NCBI GenBank assembly: GCA_050944195.1 | Contig: JBMNQO010000001.1 | Span: 50,603 to 114,602 of the forward strand | Origin: Methanomethylophilus sp. | Lineage (GTDB): Archaea; Thermoplasmatota; Thermoplasmata; Methanomassiliicoccales; Methanomethylophilaceae | Length of the DNA stretch: 64,000 nt | Direction of reading: 5' to 3' | Shown: in pieces, positions 49,709-59,374 of the stretch | Layout: the number at the start of each line of letters is the position of its first letter | Numbering within the stretch: position 1 is the first letter of the stretch | Translations under genes and position numbers: made by a program | The notes under the pieces: generated by a model | The model's database searches: none | Told to the model about the DNA's origin: nothing | What the model saw: only the letters and a program-made list of their open reading frames with translations

Positions 49709-50200
49709 ATGGCAGACATCAGGATCCGCAAGAGGAAGCGGCTCAGAAACAAGGAGGTCAAGGCCCTGGCCGACGCGCTGGAGACCGAGCTGGGCGCCCC
49801 CGTCTTCGGCGAGAAGGACACCGTCGACCGCGCCGAGAGCTCCGACTTCGACCTGCTCATCGTGAACAACGAGATCCTGGGGCTGGTGAAGGACGAGAAG
49901 CCCTTCCTCACCGTGAGGGGCATCATCAAGTACAAGCCGGCCAAGCGGTACGTCACCGTCGACATGGGCGCGGTGCCCTTCATCACCAACGGGGCGGACT
50001 GCATGGGCCCCGGCATCGTCGAGGCCGACCCGGACATCAAGGAAGGGGATTACGTGTGGATCAGGGACATCAAGAACAAGATGCCCCTGGCGGTCGGCAT
50101 CGCGCTCCGCTCCGGTCCGGAGCTGGCCGCCAAGAAGCCCGGCAAGGCGGTGAAGTCGCTCGCCTACGTCGGGGACAAGCTCTGGAAGGCGGACGAGTGA
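49709..50200 (+). CDS. PUA-domain RNA-binding protein
   Basis: 163 aa. The C-terminal half VTVDMGAVPFITNGADCMGPGIVEADPDIKEGDYVWIRD...MPLAVGIA is PUA-like. Confidence 0.75.
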   Translation: MADIRIRKRKRLRNKEVKALADALETELGAPVFGEKDTVDRAESSDFDLLIVNNEILGLVKDEKPFLTVRGIIKYKPAKRYVTVDMGAVPFITNGADCMGPGIVEADPDIKEGDYVWIRDIKNKMPLAVGIALRSGPELAAKKPGKAVKSLAYVGDKLWKADE

Positions 50201-51513
50201 GCTCGGATATCAAAACGGTCTACGACCCCGTGCACGGCGCGATCACCGTGGGCGGGACCTACCTAAAGATCCTCGACCGCCGCGAGATGCAGAGGCTCCG
50301 CGGCGTGAAGCAGCTGGGGCTCGGGTACTTCGTGTTCCCGGGCGCCAACCACACCCGCTTCGAGCACTGCCTGGGCACTTATTGCATCGCGGGCCGGATG
50401 TCGGAGGCCATCGGCCTCTCGGAGGAGGACACCGCCGCCGTGCGGACGGCGGCCCTCATGCACGACATCTGCCACGCGCCCTTCTCGCACACCCTGGAGG
50501 GCGTGATGGAGGAGGCCACCGGGCTCGACCACATGGAGCTGGCCAGGAACCTCATCACCGGGAAGCGGAGGTACTACCCGGAGAAGGACGAGGACCTGTA
50601 CGGGGGGACCGAGCCCATCGGCTCGATCCTGGAGGACGCGGGCATCGACACCCAGGAGGTCTGCGACCTCATCGCCTTCCCGGAGAGCACCGAGCGCGAC
50701 CTCGGGCTCATGAAGCTGGACGGGCCGGTCGACCATTTCCCTTCCAAAGATTACATCCACCAGATCATCCACGGCCCGGTGGACGCCGACCAGATGGACT
50801 ACCTGCTGAGGGACGCCCACTACACCGGCGTGATGATGGGGAAGATCGACCTCGACCGGCTGCTGACCACCATGCGGGTGGTGAACGACCGCATCTGCAT
50901 CCAGCGGAGCGGGGCGCCGGCGGCCGAGGGGCTGATGGTCTCCCGGGCGCTGATGTACTCCTCGGTCTACTTCCACCCGACCGCGAAGATCATCGAGCGG
51001 ATGGTGGTGAAGGCGGTGCTGGGAGCGGAGGACATGGACCTCTCGGAGATCTACCTCTGGGACGATTCCGAGATGATCCACCGGCTCGTTGAGTACGGCG
51101 GCATGCCCTCTCACATGATGCGGCAGATCCTCGGGCGCAGGTTCTACAAACGCGCGCTCACGGTCAGCGAGCAGGACACCTCCGAGGACCTCGTCTCGCT
51201 GCTGACGGGATACGTCGGCATGAGGAAGAGGCTGGAACTGGAAGCGGAGATCGCCGCCAAAGCGGGATTGGACCCCTCCGAGGTGGCGGTCATCACCGCC
51301 CCCGTCTCCTCGATGAAATCGGAGGCGAAGATCGGCAAGACCGACGTCTCCATCCTCGACCCCGACGGGAAGGTCCGCTCGCTCACCCGCTCCTCGCCCA
51401 TCGCCAAGGCCCTGCAGTCGCGGGAACCCTACGGATGGACGGTCACGGTGGCCTGCCCTGAGGTAAACAAAGAGGCCGTCGCGAAGGCCGCTACCAAAGT
51501 GCTGGGTCTTTGA
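50197..51513 (+). CDS. HD-superfamily phosphohydrolase (dNTPase/SAMHD1-like)
   Basis: RFEHCLGTY, ALMHDICHAPFSH and DADQMDYLLRDAHYTGV motifs. Inferred GTG start overlaps the upstream stop (GTGA). Confidence 0.8.
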   Translation: MSSDIKTVYDPVHGAITVGGTYLKILDRREMQRLRGVKQLGLGYFVFPGANHTRFEHCLGTYCIAGRMSEAIGLSEEDTAAVRTAALMHDICHAPFSHTLEGVMEEATGLDHMELARNLITGKRRYYPEKDEDLYGGTEPIGSILEDAGIDTQEVCDLIAFPESTERDLGLMKLDGPVDHFPSKDYIHQIIHGPVDADQMDYLLRDAHYTGVMMGKIDLDRLLTTMRVVNDRICIQRSGAPAAEGLMVSRALMYSSVYFHPTAKIIERMVVKAVLGAEDMDLSEIYLWDDSEMIHRLVEYGGMPSHMMRQILGRRFYKRALTVSEQDTSEDLVSLLTGYVGMRKRLELEAEIAAKAGLDPSEVAVITAPVSSMKSEAKIGKTDVSILDPDGKVRSLTRSSPIAKALQSREPYGWTVTVACPEVNKEAVAKAATKVLGL

Positions 51514-51516
51514 TCC

Positions 51517-52965
51517 TCAGCCCTTCACGACGCCGATCGGGGTGAGCTTCGCCACCTTGGCGGTGAGCCCGGCCCCGCACACGACCTCGATGACCTCGCT
51601 GACGCTCTTGTAAGCCTGCGGGGCCTCCTCTAGCACCCCGCTGTCGGACGCCGAGCGCAGGTAGATCCCGTCGTCGGCCATCCGCTGCCGGATGTCGGCG
51701 ATGTTGAGCTGCTCGAGGGCGGACTTGCGGGACATCTGCCGCCCCGCCCCGTGGCAGGTGGAGCCGAAGGTCTCCTTCATCGCGCCCTCCCTCCCGGCGA
51801 GGACGTAGGTACCGGTCGACATGTCGCCGGGGATGAGCACCGGCTGCCCGTAATCGCGGTACTTCTGGGTGATCTCGCTCCGCCCGGGAGCGAAGGCGCG
51901 GGTGGCGCCCTTGCGGTGGACCAGGACGTCCTCCGCATGGCGGTCGACGTCGTGCCTCTCGAGCTTGGCGATGTTGTGGGCCACGTCGTAGACCACCTCC
52001 ATCCCCATGTCCTCGGCGGACTCCCCGAGCACGTTCTCGAAGGACTCGCGGGCCCAGTGGGTGATCATCTGGCGGTTGGTCCAGGCGTAGTTGGCCCCGC
52101 AGCACATGGCGCGGTAGTACTCCTCGCCCAGGCGGGAGCTCAGGGGGGCGCAGGCCAGCTGGCGGTCGGGGAGCTCCACGCTGTTCTCCTTCATGTAGCG
52201 CTCCATCTTCTGCACGTACTCGGTGGCGATCTGATGGCCCAGGCCCCTCGATCCGGTGTGCACGGTGAGGGTGATGTTGCCCTTCTTCAGCCCGTACGCC
52301 TTGGCGGTGGCCTCGTCGAAGACGTCGTCCACCACGTCGAGCTCGATGAAGTGGTTCCCGGAGCCGATGGAGCCCAGCTCGGACAATCCGCGCTTGCGGG
52401 CCTTGTCGCTCACGCCGGCGGGGTCGGCGCCCTGCATGCAGCCGTTCTCCTCGGTGACCTCCAGGTCCTTCTCCCAGCCGTAGCCGTTCTCGACGGCCCA
52501 GCGGGAGCCGTCGGCCAGGATGTCCTCCAGCTCCTTCGGCCCGACCCTGGTCAGCCCCTTGGAGCCCAGCCCCGAGGGGATGTTCTTGTAGAGCTCGTCC
52601 ATCAGCGGCTTCACGTCGCCGATGTCCTCGAGGGTGAGGTCGGTCTTGATGAGCCTGACCCCGCAGTTGATGTCGAAGCCGATGCCGCCGGGGGAGATGC
52701 TCCCCTCGTTGGCGTCGACGGCGGCCACGCCCCCAATGGGGAAGCCGTAGCCCCAGTGCATGTCCGGCATGGCCATCGAGTCCCCGACGATCCCGGGCAG
52801 GGCGGCCACGTTGGCGGCCTGCTGGGGGGAGTTGTCCTTCAGGGCGCCGGCGATGAGGCGGTCGCTGGAGTAGAGGACCGCGTCGGTCTTCATCCACGGG
52901 TATGACTCCTTCGGGATCCTCCACCGGTGTCCGTCGATCTTCTCGAGCTTTCCGTCCCATGCCAT
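51517..52965 (-). CDS. rtcB: RNA-splicing ligase RtcB
   Basis: 482 aa with MPDMHWGYGFPIGGV, GFDINCGVR, GSGNHF and HGAGR motifs. No intein-sized insertion. Confidence 0.95.
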   Translation of the reverse strand: MAWDGKLEKIDGHRWRIPKESYPWMKTDAVLYSSDRLIAGALKDNSPQQAANVAALPGIVGDSMAMPDMHWGYGFPIGGVAAVDANEGSISPGGIGFDINCGVRLIKTDLTLEDIGDVKPLMDELYKNIPSGLGSKGLTRVGPKELEDILADGSRWAVENGYGWEKDLEVTEENGCMQGADPAGVSDKARKRGLSELGSIGSGNHFIELDVVDDVFDEATAKAYGLKKGNITLTVHTGSRGLGHQIATEYVQKMERYMKENSVELPDRQLACAPLSSRLGEEYYRAMCCGANYAWTNRQMITHWARESFENVLGESAEDMGMEVVYDVAHNIAKLERHDVDRHAEDVLVHRKGATRAFAPGRSEITQKYRDYGQPVLIPGDMSTGTYVLAGREGAMKETFGSTCHGAGRQMSRKSALEQLNIADIRQRMADDGIYLRSASDSGVLEEAPQAYKSVSEVIEVVCGAGLTAKVAKLTPIGVVKG

Positions 52966-53053
52966 GTTATCATCTCGGAATCGGAACGGGGATATATCGG
53001 CTTCCCCGGAGGGAGCCGGTATTTCCCCGCATATTGACGTCTGGGTCTCCGCC

Positions 53054-53920
53054 TCACGAGATGAAGATCAGCACCCCGCCGTAGGCCGGGCTGTACTTGC
53101 TGGTGAGGGCGTGCTCCTCCCCGTTGTACTCCGCCATCGAGTTGAGGCCGGCGATGGTCACGTAGCCGTCCAGGCAGAGGACCTGCCCGTCGTTGCTGGG
53201 GACCATCAGCAGCATCCTCCGGTCGGCGCTCACGTGGGCGTTGTACCTCCCGTTGCTGAACTGCTGGGAGTAGATGGTGTCGGGGCCGATGCGGCGGACC
53301 TCGATGTCGCCGCTGAAGATGCTCTCCACCGCTTCGAAGCCGGGGACGCTCTTCATGTCGGACGCGCCCGCGGGCACCGCGGCCTCCTCGAGGGTCTGCC
53401 TCTTCTTCAGGGAGTCGATGATCTGGGTGTCCTCCTCGATCTTGTTCTCGAGGGAGGCCACCTTGGCCTTGGAATCGGCCAGCTCGGCCTCGAGGGCGGC
53501 CGTCTTCTCCCGGATCTCCTTGTCCAGGAGCGGCCGCCTCTCGGTCTCGAACCGCTCGGCGAGGTCGTCCTCGATCTCCTTGCGACAGGTCTTCCAGAGG
53601 GCCTCGACGATCTCCTCCCGCTGGTCCTTCTCGAGGTCGAAGAAGAACTTCGCGTCCACCCTCATGATGCCCTTCGCGAAGTAGTTCAGCTCGGTCTTGG
53701 GGTTGAGGAAGAGGGAGACGATCCAGGTCTCCCCCGGGAGGATGACGTCCTCGGAGCTGTGGTCGCGGTAGACGAACTTCCCCTTGTAGATGGAGGAGAC
53801 GTTGTCCTTCTTGTCCCTCTCGAAGGTCAGCACGGTCGCCTGGGTCGCGTAGTCCCAGTCGCCGTCGGTGATTCCGTACTTCGCCACGCGCGCGTAGATC
53901 TCGTCGTCCTTGGTCGTCAT
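53054..53920 (-). CDS. Hypothetical protein with central coiled coil (288 aa)
   Basis: Central heptad-like segment KTAALEAELADSKAKVASLENKIEEDTQIIDSLKK flanked by beta-rich N- and C-terminal regions. It begins 1 nt after the NYN gene stop. I recognise no family. Confidence 0.5.
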   Translation of the reverse strand: MTTKDDEIYARVAKYGITDGDWDYATQATVLTFERDKKDNVSSIYKGKFVYRDHSSEDVILPGETWIVSLFLNPKTELNYFAKGIMRVDAKFFFDLEKDQREEIVEALWKTCRKEIEDDLAERFETERRPLLDKEIREKTAALEAELADSKAKVASLENKIEEDTQIIDSLKKRQTLEEAAVPAGASDMKSVPGFEAVESIFSGDIEVRRIGPDTIYSQQFSNGRYNAHVSADRRMLLMVPSNDGQVLCLDGYVTIAGLNSMAEYNGEEHALTSKYSPAYGGVLIFIS

Positions 53921-53921
53921 C

Positions 53922-54548
53922 TCATTCCGCCTCCTCGGCCCCGCCGACCGCCTCGGTCGCGGGCTGCGTTCCGTCGGGGGCCTCGGTCCCCGTCTCCTCC
54001 TTCTTCTCCAGCGCCTTCTCGTTCGGGTAGTTGAAGGCGCTGAGGATCGGCATCTTCTCCAGCTCGTAGTAGCGGTCCGCGAAGCGCTTGATGCGCCCGC
54101 TGACCGAGTTGGAGAAGGCCGCCACCTCCACCATCTTCCCCGCCGCCTGCACATGCTGGATGGCCGGGACGAAGTCCCCGTCGCCGCTCACCACGATGGC
54201 CACGTCGTAATGGTTGAGGAGGGCGTGGGTGACCATCTCGCAGGCCATCGCCACGTCGACCTCCTTCTGCTCCTTGCGGGCCGGGTCGTAGGAGTCCCGG
54301 GCCAGCACGCGGAAGCCCTGGTAGCTCAGCTTATCATGGAACGGCTTGAACTTGTCCTGCTGCCCCGCCTGCTCCGTATCGAATACATAGGCGCCGACCA
54401 GTTCGCGGTCGGCCACCAGCTCCCTTACCAGCATCTCATAGTCTAACCTGAAGCAGTCGCCCTCGACGGGCTTCACGCTCTTCTCCATGTTCATCAGGTC
54501 GATGAACACCATCACCTTGTCGCTTCTTCTGCTGTTTACTAATGTCAT
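53922..54548 (-). CDS. NYN-domain (LabA-like) predicted ribonuclease
   Basis: VMVFIDLMN..., KEVDVAMA and VVSGDGDFVPAI motifs typical of NYN/LabA. The C-terminal tail is acidic. Confidence 0.75.
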   Translation of the reverse strand: MTLVNSRRSDKVMVFIDLMNMEKSVKPVEGDCFRLDYEMLVRELVADRELVGAYVFDTEQAGQQDKFKPFHDKLSYQGFRVLARDSYDPARKEQKEVDVAMACEMVTHALLNHYDVAIVVSGDGDFVPAIQHVQAAGKMVEVAAFSNSVSGRIKRFADRYYELEKMPILSAFNYPNEKALEKKEETGTEAPDGTQPATEAVGGAEEAE

Positions 54549-54713
54549 TACATAGTCTCCGCGGAGCGCACGCGCTCCGTCTGAGCCTATCCCCCACCGC
54601 CGTTAATAAACCCCTTGCTTGCAATCAATCGCGCGTAGGTCGGGGGACACGGCCCGGGGGCCGATGTGTGAACACGGGATGCTGGGTATGTTGGAATCAG
54701 AGAAAACCGGGAG

Positions 54714-54788
54714 GGCCGGGACCGAGATTTGAACTCGAGTCAAGGGATCCACAGTCCCCTATACTAACCAGGCTATACTATCCCAGCC
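54714..54788 (-). tRNA. tRNA-His (anticodon GUG) with encoded G-1
   Basis: The minus strand reads G-GCTGGGA...GGGGA CTGTGGA TCCCT...TCGAG TTCAAAT CTCGG TCCCGGC C. G-1 sits opposite C73, as expected for tRNA-His. Confidence 0.9.
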
Positions 54789-54816
54789 ATCTGGTCGGAA
54801 TCGGTCTATCCTGTCG

Positions 54817-54828
54817 TTATAGATAAAG
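54817..54828 (-). promoter_or_regulatory. TATA box for tRNA-His
   Basis: The minus strand reads CAATCTTTATCTATAA about 30-35 nt upstream of the tRNA. It shares CAATCTTTAT with the tRNA-Ala promoter. Confidence 0.5.
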
Positions 54829-54834
54829 ATTGTG

Positions 54835-54865
54835 AAAAATGGTTCCGGGGGGCAATGCCCCCCGG
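54835..54865 (-). terminator. Intrinsic-like terminator after the MtaA-type gene
   Basis: A 9-bp stem CCGGGGGGC/GCCCCCCGG with a 3-nt loop, followed on the minus strand by AACCATTTTTC. Confidence 0.55.
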
Positions 54866-54878
54866 CAGAGTTTGGACT

Positions 54879-55931
54879 TCAGTTCTTCTTGAAGTTCTTG
54901 ACGGCCTCGACGAAGGCCTTCATGTTCTCGTCGGAGGTGGCAGGGGCGATACCGCAGCCGGACGAGATGATGTTGAAGCCGGCGTCGCAGGACCTGAAGG
55001 CTCCTTCCTTGACCTCCTCGGGGGTTCCCTGGAAGAGGGGCTTCACGGATCCGACGTTGCCGACTAGGACGGTCTTGCCGCCGACCTTCTCGACCGCCTT
55101 GTAGGGGTCGACCTTCTCCTCGATGGAGATACCCTTCACGGACGGGCCGCAGGCAGCCATCTGGTCGATGATGGGGTAGGCGTCTCCGCAGATGTGGAGG
55201 ATGTTGCCGAGCCCGCCGCTGACGGCTCCGAGGGAGTTGGTGACGGCGTTGCCGGCGGCCTCTTTGAACATGTCGGGGGCGAGCATGTCGGTGGATCCCG
55301 AGGGCTCGGACATCTGGATGATGTCGGCTCCGTGGTCGAGGAGGGTCTGCGCGTACTCCTTGCAGTAGGGGGTGATGGCGGCGGTCCACTTGTCGACCTG
55401 GTCGGGGGCCATCATCATTCCGAAGATGAGGTTCTCGGTGCTGACCATGTGGCCGGCGAGGGTGAAGGGGCCGGTGGTTCCGGCGACGATGCAGTAGTTC
55501 TCGCCGTGGGTCTTCTTCAGGATCTCGCAGGACTTGATGACCTCGGCGACGCGTCCTCCCTTGAGGAACTCGTCGGCGGGCATGAGGGTCGAGGGGTCGT
55601 CGTAGACGCCCTCCATGCAGTCGAACTTGAAGGGGTGGGTCTTGATCATCGGGGCGGCGTCTTTCTTGGTGACGTCGACGGTGCAGCCGAGCCTCTCCGC
55701 CTCAGCGGTCAGGCAGAAGGAAGTCCTGCAGCACTCGAAGCCGAAGACATCGGCCTGGGCGGCGGCGAGCTTCGCCATGACCTCGGCGTTCTTGTGGGCC
55801 TCGGGCCAGGCGGCGCCGGTGGCGTCCATCTGGCCGACGGTGGCGGACTGGGTGAAAATGGCCGCCGGGGGCCTGTCGAGGTTCTCTTTGTTCATAGCTG
55901 CGGTTACTCTTTCTCTGGGAGTCATTGCCAT
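54879..55931 (-). CDS. mtaA: Methylcobamide:CoM methyltransferase (MtaA/MtbA, UroD-like family)
   Basis: 350 aa with MTPRERVTAAMN..., zinc-ligand contexts ILHICGD and SSGCGI, and full-length family similarity. Substrate type (methanol versus methylamine) cannot be told from sequence alone. Confidence 0.8.
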   Translation of the reverse strand: MAMTPRERVTAAMNKENLDRPPAAIFTQSATVGQMDATGAAWPEAHKNAEVMAKLAAAQADVFGFECCRTSFCLTAEAERLGCTVDVTKKDAAPMIKTHPFKFDCMEGVYDDPSTLMPADEFLKGGRVAEVIKSCEILKKTHGENYCIVAGTTGPFTLAGHMVSTENLIFGMMMAPDQVDKWTAAITPYCKEYAQTLLDHGADIIQMSEPSGSTDMLAPDMFKEAAGNAVTNSLGAVSGGLGNILHICGDAYPIIDQMAACGPSVKGISIEEKVDPYKAVEKVGGKTVLVGNVGSVKPLFQGTPEEVKEGAFRSCDAGFNIISSGCGIAPATSDENMKAFVEAVKNFKKN

Positions 55932-56031
55932 GATTACAGTCTCCGAAAGGGAGGAACGGTTCCCACCTATAAAAAATACGACGAAAGAAAGGGAAACCAA
56001 GGGAAACCGGTTTGGACGGAATCCGGGGCTG

Positions 56032-56760
56032 TCAGATGCTCAGCATCGAGATGTCCTCGAGCTTCCCGAGCTCCATCAGGCCCATCTCGCTGACGGCGTA
56101 GATCTCCGCCTCCTCGAGGTCGCAGGCCTTCAGGGCGGGGGCCATGACCGCCTCCGGGCCGGGGTTGAGGTCGTTGCCCGAGGCGAAGGGGCTGAACGGG
56201 GGGATGACGATGACCCCCTCGTTCCTGGCGACCACGTAGCACTGCAGCTTCATGCCCCCGCTCATCTCGCCGGGAATGCGCACCGAGGGATGCTCGTGGC
56301 CGATGATCACGGGGCGCTTGCCGGAGTCGATGTGCCCATGTTCCAGGCGGTAGCCTCCGATGTCGACGTAGTCGACCGCCTCCATGCCGAGGTCGGAGAG
56401 GATGTTCTGCAGGTAGTTGTCGTGGTTGCCTTTGACCACCACCGTCTCGGCGGCGTCGCGGGCGAGCTTCACGATGCTGCGCACCTCCTCGCGCGCTTTG
56501 TAGCTCGAGCGGCGGAAGTCGTGCTTGATGTCCCCCAGCAGAACGATGCGGGCGGGCTCGTAGCGGTCGATGGCGAGGTTGAGCTGCTCCCGCACCGACT
56601 GGGTATTGATCCGGGGGATGAACATCCCCTCGTCCTCGAGGGCGCTCTCGTACCCGAGGTGGAGGTCCCCGACCACCGCCGTCGGCCCCTCGTCGAGGAT
56701 GAGGCAGCGGTCGTTGGTGATCGACACCCCCGGCATGACCTTCACCGACCTCGCTCCCAT
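56032..56760 (-). CDS. Metallophosphoesterase (archaeal MJ0037-like, calcineurin fold)
   Basis: AVVGDLHLGYE, LLGDIKHD, KGNHD and GHEHP motifs. An alternative start lies at 56736. Confidence 0.75.
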   Translation of the reverse strand: MGARSVKVMPGVSITNDRCLILDEGPTAVVGDLHLGYESALEDEGMFIPRINTQSVREQLNLAIDRYEPARIVLLGDIKHDFRRSSYKAREEVRSIVKLARDAAETVVVKGNHDNYLQNILSDLGMEAVDYVDIGGYRLEHGHIDSGKRPVIIGHEHPSVRIPGEMSGGMKLQCYVVARNEGVIVIPPFSPFASGNDLNPGPEAVMAPALKACDLEEAEIYAVSEMGLMELGKLEDISMLSI

Positions 56761-56844
56761 GCCCGCTTCCAGAGCCTTCGCGGTTAATATCCTTGCGCAT
56801 CCATCCCGAACATAATTAACCCAGAAAGAGATGGGGTTGTCAAT

Positions 56845-58293
56845 ATGGAGGACATCACGCCCGATCCGTCCGGCACGCGGCTCGGGCCCGAGCTGAAGAA
56901 GGCGGCGGCAGCCGTGAAGAGGGCGTCGACCGTATTGGTGGTCACGCACATCGATGCCGACGGCATCACCGCTGGCACTATCGCGGCGATCACGCTCGAG
57001 CGCCTCGGGAAGAAGTTCCTCCTCGATTTCCGCAAGAGGATTGCCGCCGACACCGTGGAGGACATCAACACCAGCTACGCGGACCTCGTCTGGGTCTGCG
57101 ACCTCGGGAGCGCCTACATGTCCCAGTTCACCCGGGACGGGCTGATCGTCACCGACCACCACGTGCCGGACCCCGACTGGCGGACGAAGGGGCAGACCTC
57201 CATCGACAGCTACCGCGGCTCGTACCAGCTCAACCCCCACCTGGTCGGGCTGTCTGGGTCATACCAGGTCTGCGGGGCGGGGATGACCTACCTCCTCTCC
57301 AAGGAGATCGACCCGGCCAACCGCGACCTCGCCTACCTCGCCGTAGTGGGCGCTATCGGCGATTTCCAGGACGACCGCTGCTCCAAGCTGGTCGGGTGGA
57401 ACCGCCTCGTCCTGCAGGACGCCATTGACAACGGCGACGTCTCGGTGGTGAACGGGGTCCGCTACTTCGGGAGGGAGAGCCGCGGAGTGGTATCGTACCT
57501 GCAGTACGGCGAGCCCGCGGTGCACGGCCTGACCGATTCCCGCGAGTCCTGCCAGGACCTGCTGGCACATTACGGGATCGAGGAGTTCGACGGCGAGGGG
57601 AGGAGGCTCACGTGGAGCGACCTCGAGCCCGGCGACCGGGCGGTCATCGCCGACGAGCTCGTCACCCATGCCGACCCCGAGGACCGCCCCGCCATCATCG
57701 GCGAGGTCTACCTCATCGACCGCTACCAGCCCCATTCGGGGCTCCACGACGCCAAGGAGTTCGCCACCATGCTCAACTCCTGCGGGCGCTACGGCGACTA
57801 TCAGACCGGCGTGCGGCTGTGCCGCGGGGACCTGTCGGCATTGAAGGACGCCGAGCGGAACCGCGACGACCACCGCAAGAGCATCGCCTCCGCGCTGAGC
57901 TACGTGAAGACCAACCACCTCATCCGCCGCCGGCGCTACCTGCAGTGGTTCGACGCCGGCGGGGAGATCAGGGATACCGTGGTGGGGATCGTCGCGGGCA
58001 TGCTGCTCGGGAACGGCGATGCGGAGGGAGACCTACCCATTGTCGCCTTCGCCGTCTCCGACGAGGGCGTGAAGGTCTCCGCGAGGGCTCCCCGCGAATT
58101 GGTCGCGCAGGGCCTCGACCTGTCCGCCGCCATGAAGGAGGCCGCGGAGGCCGTCGGCGGGCTGGGCGGAGGGCACACCGTGGCGGCCGGGGCGGAGATC
58201 CCCGACGGCAAGAAGGAAGCGTTCCTGGACGCCGCCGAGGCGGCCATCGAGAAGCAGCTCTCCGGGAAGGTCCCGGGGAAGAAAGAAGAGTGA
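56845..58293 (+). CDS. recJ: DHH/DHHA1 phosphoesterase, RecJ/Cdc45-like (GAN-type nuclease)
   Basis: VVTHIDADGITAG, VTDHH and a C-terminal GGGHTVAAGA (DHHA1). Divergent from the metallophosphoesterase gene. Confidence 0.8.
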   Translation: MEDITPDPSGTRLGPELKKAAAAVKRASTVLVVTHIDADGITAGTIAAITLERLGKKFLLDFRKRIAADTVEDINTSYADLVWVCDLGSAYMSQFTRDGLIVTDHHVPDPDWRTKGQTSIDSYRGSYQLNPHLVGLSGSYQVCGAGMTYLLSKEIDPANRDLAYLAVVGAIGDFQDDRCSKLVGWNRLVLQDAIDNGDVSVVNGVRYFGRESRGVVSYLQYGEPAVHGLTDSRESCQDLLAHYGIEEFDGEGRRLTWSDLEPGDRAVIADELVTHADPEDRPAIIGEVYLIDRYQPHSGLHDAKEFATMLNSCGRYGDYQTGVRLCRGDLSALKDAERNRDDHRKSIASALSYVKTNHLIRRRRYLQWFDAGGEIRDTVVGIVAGMLLGNGDAEGDLPIVAFAVSDEGVKVSARAPRELVAQGLDLSAAMKEAAEAVGGLGGGHTVAAGAEIPDGKKEAFLDAAEAAIEKQLSGKVPGKKEE

Positions 58294-58322
58294 GCGGCGG
58301 GTCGCCCCGCCGCAAGAAGTTT

Positions 58323-59243
58323 TCAGTCGTCCTTGAGGAGGGTGTAGAGGACCGCCTTCTGCGCGTGCAGGCGGTTCTCGGCCTCGTCGAAGACCACGCT
58401 GTGCGGGCCCTCGATGACGTCGTTGGTGATCTCCTGGCCGCGGTGGGCGGGGAGGCAGTGCATCACGATGCAGTCGGGCTTCGCGATCTTCAGCAGGTCG
58501 TCGTTGATCTGGTACATCTGGAAGAGCTTCACGGCCTCCTCGACGGGGGTGGTGTCGCCCATGGAGATCCAGGTGTCGGTGTAGAGGACGTCGGCGTCCT
58601 TGCAGGCCTCCTGCGGGTCGTGCGAGGCGATGATGCGGCTGCCGTTCTCGTTGGCGATCTGCGTGGCGTTGTAGAGGATCTCGGCGTTCGGCATACGGGT
58701 GGCGGGGCAGCAGGCGACCATGTCCATGCCCATGATGGCGCAGGCGTAGAGCAGCGAGTTGCAGACGTTGTTCCCGTCGCCGAGGAAGACCAGCTTCCGG
58801 CCGCGGAAGTTCCCGAACTTCTCCTTGATGGTGATCATGTCGGCCAGGGCCTGGCAGGGGTGCTCGAGGTTGTCGAGCCCGCTGATGACCGGGACGGTCG
58901 CCCACTCGCCGAGCTTGTCCATCATCTTGTAGTCGTAGGCGCGGTACATGATGCCGTGCACGAAGCGGCTGAGGACGCGGGCGGTGTCCTCCACCGTCTC
59001 GCCGTGCCCCATCTGCATCTTGGTGACATCGAGGTAGAGCGCGTGGCCGCCGAGCTCGGTGATGGCGACGTCGAAAGACGTGCGGGTCCGGGTGCTGGGC
59101 TTCTCGAACATCATGGCGAGGGTCTTGCCCTTGAGAGGGTCGCCGTGGTGCCCGCGCTCCTTCTTCAGCTTGATTCCCAGCTCGACCAGGGCGGGCCACT
59201 CGTCCTTCATGTCAACGACGGAAATCAGATTTCTCTTTCCCAT
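58323..59243 (-). CDS. argF: Ornithine carbamoyltransferase
   Basis: STRTRTSF, HPCQALAD, DTWISMG and HCLPAHRG motifs. Start at ATG 59243. Confidence 0.9.
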   Translation of the reverse strand: MGKRNLISVVDMKDEWPALVELGIKLKKERGHHGDPLKGKTLAMMFEKPSTRTRTSFDVAITELGGHALYLDVTKMQMGHGETVEDTARVLSRFVHGIMYRAYDYKMMDKLGEWATVPVISGLDNLEHPCQALADMITIKEKFGNFRGRKLVFLGDGNNVCNSLLYACAIMGMDMVACCPATRMPNAEILYNATQIANENGSRIIASHDPQEACKDADVLYTDTWISMGDTTPVEEAVKLFQMYQINDDLLKIAKPDCIVMHCLPAHRGQEITNDVIEGPHSVVFDEAENRLHAQKAVLYTLLKDD

Positions 59244-59374
59244 GCCCCTCCCGAGAACGGGGGCAATAAAATACGTTGCTATGGAAAGGGACGGAAATAA
59301 TATCATCATTGAGAGGGGCGCGATGCCGTTAACATATATTCAGCTTAAATGGGCGTAATGCAATCCTGCCCATC

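Noticed and set aside
54879-55931. Possible pyrrolysine (in-frame UAG) gene, or split same-frame ORF pairs indicating amber read-through.
   Set aside because: The only methyltransferase here is the MtaA/MtbA type, which does not use Pyl. No adjacent same-frame ORF pair separated by a single TAG was evident among the called genes.
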